Below, in pieces: positions 15,365 through 20,000 of a stretch of 20,000 nt of DNA. Each line of letters starts with the position of its first letter. The first letter of the stretch is position 1. Origin of the DNA: an uncultured virus (IMG/VR IMGVR_UViG_3300042446_000574) (taxonomy: Duplodnaviria; Heunggongvirae; Uroviricota; Caudoviricetes); the IMG/VR virus record IMGVR_UViG_3300042446_000574; one strand, 5' to 3'. The notes beneath the pieces are model-generated. The model saw only the letters and a program-made list of their open reading frames with translations. It did not search any database and was not told where the DNA came from. A program made the translations under genes and the position numbers.

Positions 15365-17203
15365 ATGAAAAGGAATTACTCCGATTCAGAAAAAGCATTT
15401 TTATACAGACTTGCTGACGGCAAATGCCAGTTGTGTAAATGCAACCTTCCAAGGTTTTGGCATGCTGACCACGTTATACCTTTTAGCAAAGGAGGGATAA
15501 CTTCATTAAATAATGCCCAGGCATTATGTCCAACTTGTAACTTAAAAAAATCTAATAAAATGTTTGAATTTAAACCGAGACAATGGCAAATAGAAGCCAC
15601 TAAAAAATTCTATGAGGAAATTAAATCTAACAAAGTATTTTTACTTCATGCTGGAGTAGGTTCAGGAAAAACTTTGTGGGCTTCGTCAATTATAAAAAAT
15701 TTCGTTGACGATGGATTTGATGTTGTTATTTTTAGTCCAAAAGATGCTATTAAAACGGATTGGGCTATTGAATGTAAAAAATTTAACCTTGAAATTGATG
15801 CAAATTATTTGTTTAAATATCATTGGAAACCTGACTTTCATGGTGTTTCCCTTTGCTATCAAATTTTAAAAAACAATACTAATTCATTAAAAAACAAGAT
15901 AACAAATAAAACCATTGTAGTTTTAGATGAACATCACCATGCTTCTGATTCTGGAAGCTGGGGTATTGAACTTGAAAATATTTGTGAGAATGCTGGGGTA
16001 ATTTTATGTTTAACAGGAACTCCTTTTAGAAGCGATAATAGTAAAATACCTTTTGTAAAATATAAGGAAACAAAATCTAATGATATTGATGGTTGGGAAA
16101 TTGAAACAGATTATTCTTACACGTATGCTCAAAGTGTAAAAGATCGTATATGTTGCCCTACTTCATTTAGACCTATTGATGTAATTATTAATGGAGAAGG
16201 TGGCGTTATAATAGGTGAGGAGAATAAAAAATATTTAAATCAAATAATAGATGCCTCAAATGGAAATAGTAATTTTATTGACATTGCTTTTAATCAAGCT
16301 AACAAAGAATTAAAAGGAATAAGAAATACTTATTATCCTGAGGCAAAAGGTTTAATTATTGCCAACACGATTGAAGATGCTAAAAGTATTTTTAGTAATC
16401 TACAAAATCAAAATATAAGCTGTTCTATTATTACAAGTGACGCGGATTCAACTACCGAAACAATAAAAGAATTTAGAAATAATAATAAGCATTGGGTTGT
16501 GACTGTTCAAATGGTTTCTGAAGGAGTAAACATTCCTCAAATACGTGTTATCCTGTATTTAAACAATATTACAACCAGGACATACTTTGAACAAGTAATG
16601 GGTAGAGGTGTAAGAAATTGCAAGGTTTATCAAAATGCAATAGACCATTGCTATTTTTATTATCCTAATTTTTCTTTATTTACTGAGGTTGCAGAAACTC
16701 TTGAAGCAGGCTATAAGCATTTTGTAATAGACGAAAATAAAAGGATTAATACTGGACTAAGTGAAGGTTTAGAAAGAAAACCTAAAACAATACAAACTTT
16801 ATTCGACGATATAATAGCTGGAAATCATGGTATTATAAACAATGGATATAAGTTTACTGACCAAGAAATAGATGCTTTAAACCAAGTCAAAGATTTAAAC
16901 TATGCTTTAGCAAGTATTTTTGAAAATATGATTGCAAGGAATATTCAGAAAGATGAACCTCAGGAAAACAATAAAATAGATGAAATTCCTAAGTACGAAA
17001 AAATCAAACTTGTAAAAAAGGAAATTCACAAAAGAGTTGGATATGCTATAAGGTTAGGTATTTACACTGAGTATCAAAACGCTCATTATAAATACAATGA
17101 AGCTGCAAATATTAAGGATCATAAAACTTGTATGGACTTAAGATTATTAAATAAAAAATTACAAATCATTAACGATGACATCAGCAATTTCACTAAGCAC
17201 TAA
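15365..17203 (+). CDS. HNH endonuclease - superfamily 2 helicase fusion, 612 aa
   Basis: HNH: CQLC...DHVIPFSKGG.T...NAQALCPTCNLKKS. Helicase motifs: GVGSGKT, DEHHH, LTGTP, MVSEGVNIP, QVMGRGVR. The ATG at 15365 lies just after the leader terminator. Confidence 0.88.
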   Translation: MKRNYSDSEKAFLYRLADGKCQLCKCNLPRFWHADHVIPFSKGGITSLNNAQALCPTCNLKKSNKMFEFKPRQWQIEATKKFYEEIKSNKVFLLHAGVGSGKTLWASSIIKNFVDDGFDVVIFSPKDAIKTDWAIECKKFNLEIDANYLFKYHWKPDFHGVSLCYQILKNNTNSLKNKITNKTIVVLDEHHHASDSGSWGIELENICENAGVILCLTGTPFRSDNSKIPFVKYKETKSNDIDGWEIETDYSYTYAQSVKDRICCPTSFRPIDVIINGEGGVIIGEENKKYLNQIIDASNGNSNFIDIAFNQANKELKGIRNTYYPEAKGLIIANTIEDAKSIFSNLQNQNISCSIITSDADSTTETIKEFRNNNKHWVVTVQMVSEGVNIPQIRVILYLNNITTRTYFEQVMGRGVRNCKVYQNAIDHCYFYYPNFSLFTEVAETLEAGYKHFVIDENKRINTGLSEGLERKPKTIQTLFDDIIAGNHGIINNGYKFTDQEIDALNQVKDLNYALASIFENMIARNIQKDEPQENNKIDEIPKYEKIKLVKKEIHKRVGYAIRLGIYTEYQNAHYKYNEAANIKDHKTCMDLRLLNKKLQIINDDISNFTKH

Positions 17204-17780
17204 TCCAGAGGAAGTTTACAATAAACTTATTGACATAAATGGTATAAACAGTTTTGGTTTAGCCATGACCTATTTTGATTCTTTATATTCATTTAAAGAC
17301 TTTTGGAGTAACAGACACCCTTATGGTTTGTCTCCTAAAACTTTTACAACTTATGTAGAATTTGCAAGGTACGAAGTGCCCTGGGGATTAGGCTGGGACA
17401 TTGATGTTATAAAAGCACATTGTAAGCGAAAACCTAATATTTGGCAGGAACATGAAGAACAAATTAATGCAATGCCTAAACACGGCATTAATCAACACAA
17501 TAAAGGAGGTTATATATCACCTCCTCAAATTGATAAAGGTACTTCAAGACAATACCAAATTCAACGCCTTAAACGTGATGCCCCTGACATTGCCACTAAG
17601 GTAATTAACCGTGAAATAAGCGCAAAGCAAGGCATGGAAATAGCTGGGTTAAAAGATAGAACAGTTGTTGTAAAATGCAAGGCTGAAGATTTTGTAACTA
17701 AGGCAATAAATAATCTTGAAATTAATCAGATTGAAAAATTAGTGCAAGACCTTACTTTATACCTGAAGGAAATGAAATAA
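17175..17780 (+). CDS. Hypothetical putative DNA-binding protein, 201 aa
   Basis: Overlaps the helicase 3' end. The GTSRQYQIQRLKRDAPDIA...ISAKQGMEIAG segment resembles helical DNA-binding segments of phage proteins. Confidence 0.6.
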   Translation: MTSAISLSTNPEEVYNKLIDINGINSFGLAMTYFDSLYSFKDFWSNRHPYGLSPKTFTTYVEFARYEVPWGLGWDIDVIKAHCKRKPNIWQEHEEQINAMPKHGINQHNKGGYISPPQIDKGTSRQYQIQRLKRDAPDIATKVINREISAKQGMEIAGLKDRTVVVKCKAEDFVTKAINNLEINQIEKLVQDLTLYLKEMK

Positions 17781-17786
17781 ATTCTT

Positions 17787-17895
17787 TATCTTTAATCATT
17801 CTTTTGAACGAGGTGCAAGTCATTCAAAAGAACTTCGGGACAATATCCGCATTGTTTCATCTAACCCAGTAGCCTTGCACCTGCTGGGTTTTTTT
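17787..17895 (+). promoter_or_regulatory. Promoter-like box plus structured leader/attenuator 2
   Basis: TATCTTTA (near-consensus -7 box); perfect 10-bp hairpin at 17799-17832; hairpin at 17837-17858; terminator AACCCAGTAG-ccttgcac-CTGCTGGGTT with T-run at 17863-17895. Confidence 0.7.
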
Positions 17896-17903
17896 ATAAA
17901 CTT

Positions 17904-18857
17904 ATGATAAACATTGATACAAGACTTTTGCCGCAGGTGACGCCTGACCAGTTGTTTCTCCTTTGTCACATTGTAAATTTTATGAATGAAAACCGTATGT
18001 GTTTCCCTTCAAACAAAAAATTGATTGAACAATCTGGATTCAGCGATTCAAAGATTTTACGGGTTAAAAATGAATTGGTAACACGGAAAATTATAAGCGT
18101 AAAACAACGCTTTAGACCTGATGGAAGCCAAACAAGTAACCTTTATAAGATTACCACGGAGTTAATCGGCGTATTTGTAACGGGTAAAAATATGTCAAAT
18201 TTGGATACCTCCCCCTTTAATGATGAAGAGGGGGGGATATTCATCCATGAAGGGGGGACGCCTTCACCAATGAAGCCCCTTGAAGTATTAGCCAATTCAA
18301 GTATTAACCATATTCAAGTATTAGTTGAAAATCCTTCAGATTTTACCGACTTTACAAAAGTTTCAAATGATTTTCCAAATGTCCAAACCCCCAAAGTAAA
18401 CCCCTTTACCGTTGTTGCTAAGTTGCAAAGTGAAAAAGAAAAAGAAAAAAGTTCCGCGAAAAAAGAAAAAGAAAAGACGCCCTCCCCCACTTACGCCGCC
18501 TTCACCGTGTTTTGCCAAACGTTTGAATCCTTATCCGGTGCCGCGTATCCCACGGATCAAAATGGACATTATATTATGATGCCCAAAGATGCAGGGCAAA
18601 TGGGAAATCTCCTGAAATACATTGACAAAATAGACAGGCAGGGCGATAGCCTTGAGGCATTGAAGGTGTTTATACAAGCCGCGTGGAACTTGAATGACAA
18701 ATGGCTGAGGGCAAATTTCACCATAGCAAACATTTATGGACAAGCCTCAAAGATATTTACGGCATACCAAACGACAAGCCCAGCGGCAAAGGACAAAGCG
18801 TATAATGACAGGCTTCAAGAATTGCTTGCCGAAAGGATGGCAAAGTTTCAAGATTAA
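17904..18857 (+). CDS. Phage replication initiator (N-terminal winged HTH)
   Basis: CFPSNKKL...SGFS...I.R...EL....II......G.QTSNLY.I N-terminus, low-complexity linker and helical C-terminal domain. Confidence 0.8.
   Translation: MINIDTRLLPQVTPDQLFLLCHIVNFMNENRMCFPSNKKLIEQSGFSDSKILRVKNELVTRKIISVKQRFRPDGSQTSNLYKITTELIGVFVTGKNMSNLDTSPFNDEEGGIFIHEGGTPSPMKPLEVLANSSINHIQVLVENPSDFTDFTKVSNDFPNVQTPKVNPFTVVAKLQSEKEKEKSSAKKEKEKTPSPTYAAFTVFCQTFESLSGAAYPTDQNGHYIMMPKDAGQMGNLLKYIDKIDRQGDSLEALKVFIQAAWNLNDKWLRANFTIANIYGQASKIFTAYQTTSPAAKDKAYNDRLQELLAERMAKFQD
18216..18275. repeat. Three iteron-like repeats (candidate origin) inside the initiator gene
   Basis: TTTAATGATGAAG (18216), TTCATCCATGAAG (18240) and TTCACCAATGAAG (18263), with 23-24 bp spacing. 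Confidence 0.55.
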
Positions 18858-18871
18858 AAAACCAACCAATT

Positions 18872-19609
18872 ATGAACAACTTACCAATGATTGCCAATCG
18901 CGTGGAAGAAAAGATACAAGACGTGCAGCTTGTTATCCAGAACCGCGAATTAAGGATTTTTAAAACGGGAACAAAGGAAGCCATCCCGAAGATTGCCCAA
19001 ACCTTAAGCCACTTGCTCCCCGTGTATGGCATTGAGCCAAAGCCCGAACACTTGATGGAGGTCACCGACTTTATTTCAAATTACAAGTTACTTGCCGTTG
19101 ATGAGATTAAACTTGCTTTTGAAAAGTTTGCAAAACAAGAACTTGATATTAATGACCATAAATTTTACGGCAAAGTTGACCTTCATGCGATTGGAAGAAT
19201 CCTGACCGCGTACATTACCTGGAGGCAAAAGATATATTTCGCGATGGATTCCGATATTCAAGCGAAGAAGGAAGAAGAGGATCGGATTAAACGCCTGGGC
19301 AAAGTTGCTGAGGAATACGATAAGGACTTTGATAACAAGTTGAAAAACTTTCAAAAGCCGCTGGAAGAAATACCCGTATTTTGGTACGACGAATGTGTGA
19401 AGCGTGGTTATATCAACGAATGGAAGGAAGGCGAAAAGGAAGCCTTGTGGCTTGAGGCTCAGGAAATGGCAAAGCAGGAAAAGCCTGATTCCGACAATAT
19501 GATTGATCGCAAGAACCACATGAGAAAAATTGAGGAAGGAAATATGCCACGGGCCCGCGCACTTGCTTACAAGTTAGCCGTCTGGCGCAAGGTGTTATTA
19601 AGAGATTAA
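18872..19609 (+). CDS. Putative replication accessory protein (helicase-loader-like position)
   Basis: 245 aa directly after the initiator, with an EIKLAFE...FYG......IGRILTAY motif. Function inferred from position. Confidence 0.55.
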   Translation: MNNLPMIANRVEEKIQDVQLVIQNRELRIFKTGTKEAIPKIAQTLSHLLPVYGIEPKPEHLMEVTDFISNYKLLAVDEIKLAFEKFAKQELDINDHKFYGKVDLHAIGRILTAYITWRQKIYFAMDSDIQAKKEEEDRIKRLGKVAEEYDKDFDNKLKNFQKPLEEIPVFWYDECVKRGYINEWKEGEKEALWLEAQEMAKQEKPDSDNMIDRKNHMRKIEEGNMPRARALAYKLAVWRKVLLRD

Positions 19610-19618
19610 AAAAATAAT

Positions 19619-19843
19619 ATGAAAAAAGCATTAATTTATTACGCAGTCATTGATAATGAATGTAACGGAAATTCTTTTATTTTAAATTCCAATGAATGTT
19701 TGCCAAAAGAACTTTGTGGAGATTCTGATTGGTATTTTAATGTAAAAACAAAAATGTTTTGTAGATTTTTTACTCATCACCATGAAATTTATGGTTTACA
19801 AAAAGAATATGAGGAAATAAAAGGACATTTATTGAAGGAATAA
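19619..19843 (+). CDS. Hypothetical protein, 74 aa
   Basis: ORF on the operon strand followed by a terminator. Confidence 0.6.
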   Translation: MKKALIYYAVIDNECNGNSFILNSNECLPKELCGDSDWYFNVKTKMFCRFFTHHHEIYGLQKEYEEIKGHLLKE

Positions 19844-19866
19844 GTTTCATAATTTGGTTTTGTTTT

Positions 19867-19900
19867 GGTGGGGTATAGAAATTATACCTCACTTTTTTTT
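19867..19900 (+). terminator. Rho-independent terminator
   Basis: GTGGGGTATA-gaaat-TATACCTCAC followed by T8. Confidence 0.8.
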
Positions 19901-20000
19901 AATTTATTTTTGTAAATATTTTTTTATTCAAATAATTATATTTAAATTTACGTATTGAAAATAACAAAAGCCAATTATCATGATGACAATGAATGAATTA

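Noticed and set aside
14529..19631. Minus-strand ORFs (e.g. 14920-15309, 18757-19065, 19088-19519)
   Set aside because: They are shadows of well-supported plus-strand genes.
1..20000. Stop-codon reassignment
   Set aside because: The standard code gives dense full-length genes, and TAA, TAG and TGA all end genes at sensible positions.

Overview
This window is part of a tailed dsDNA phage (or prophage) of a Bacteroidota host, judged from TAnnTTTG -7 promoter boxes and the gene families present. Two transcription arms diverge at about 13630-13710. The minus arm encodes SSB, a glycosyltransferase, a ParB / ABC-ATPase / GNAT cassette, small and large (PBSX-type) terminase, three tandem MTxxEKA paralogues, a frameshifted tail-assembly chaperone pair, a tail-terminator-like protein fused to repeats and a lectin-like domain, and further tail proteins. 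No portal or capsid gene follows terL. The plus arm carries four tRNA-shaped RNAs, a SAM methyltransferase, an HNH-SF2 helicase fusion and replication genes. Two observations stand out. (1) Three of the tRNA-shaped RNAs keep acceptor, D and T arms but replace the anticodon/variable region with different 47-70 nt structured inserts. (2) Two sequence-divergent 5' leaders share one architecture: hairpin, hairpin, intrinsic terminator, with the first loop complementary to the terminator loop. They precede the HNH-helicase and the replication initiator. All family assignments come from motif recognition, not database searches.
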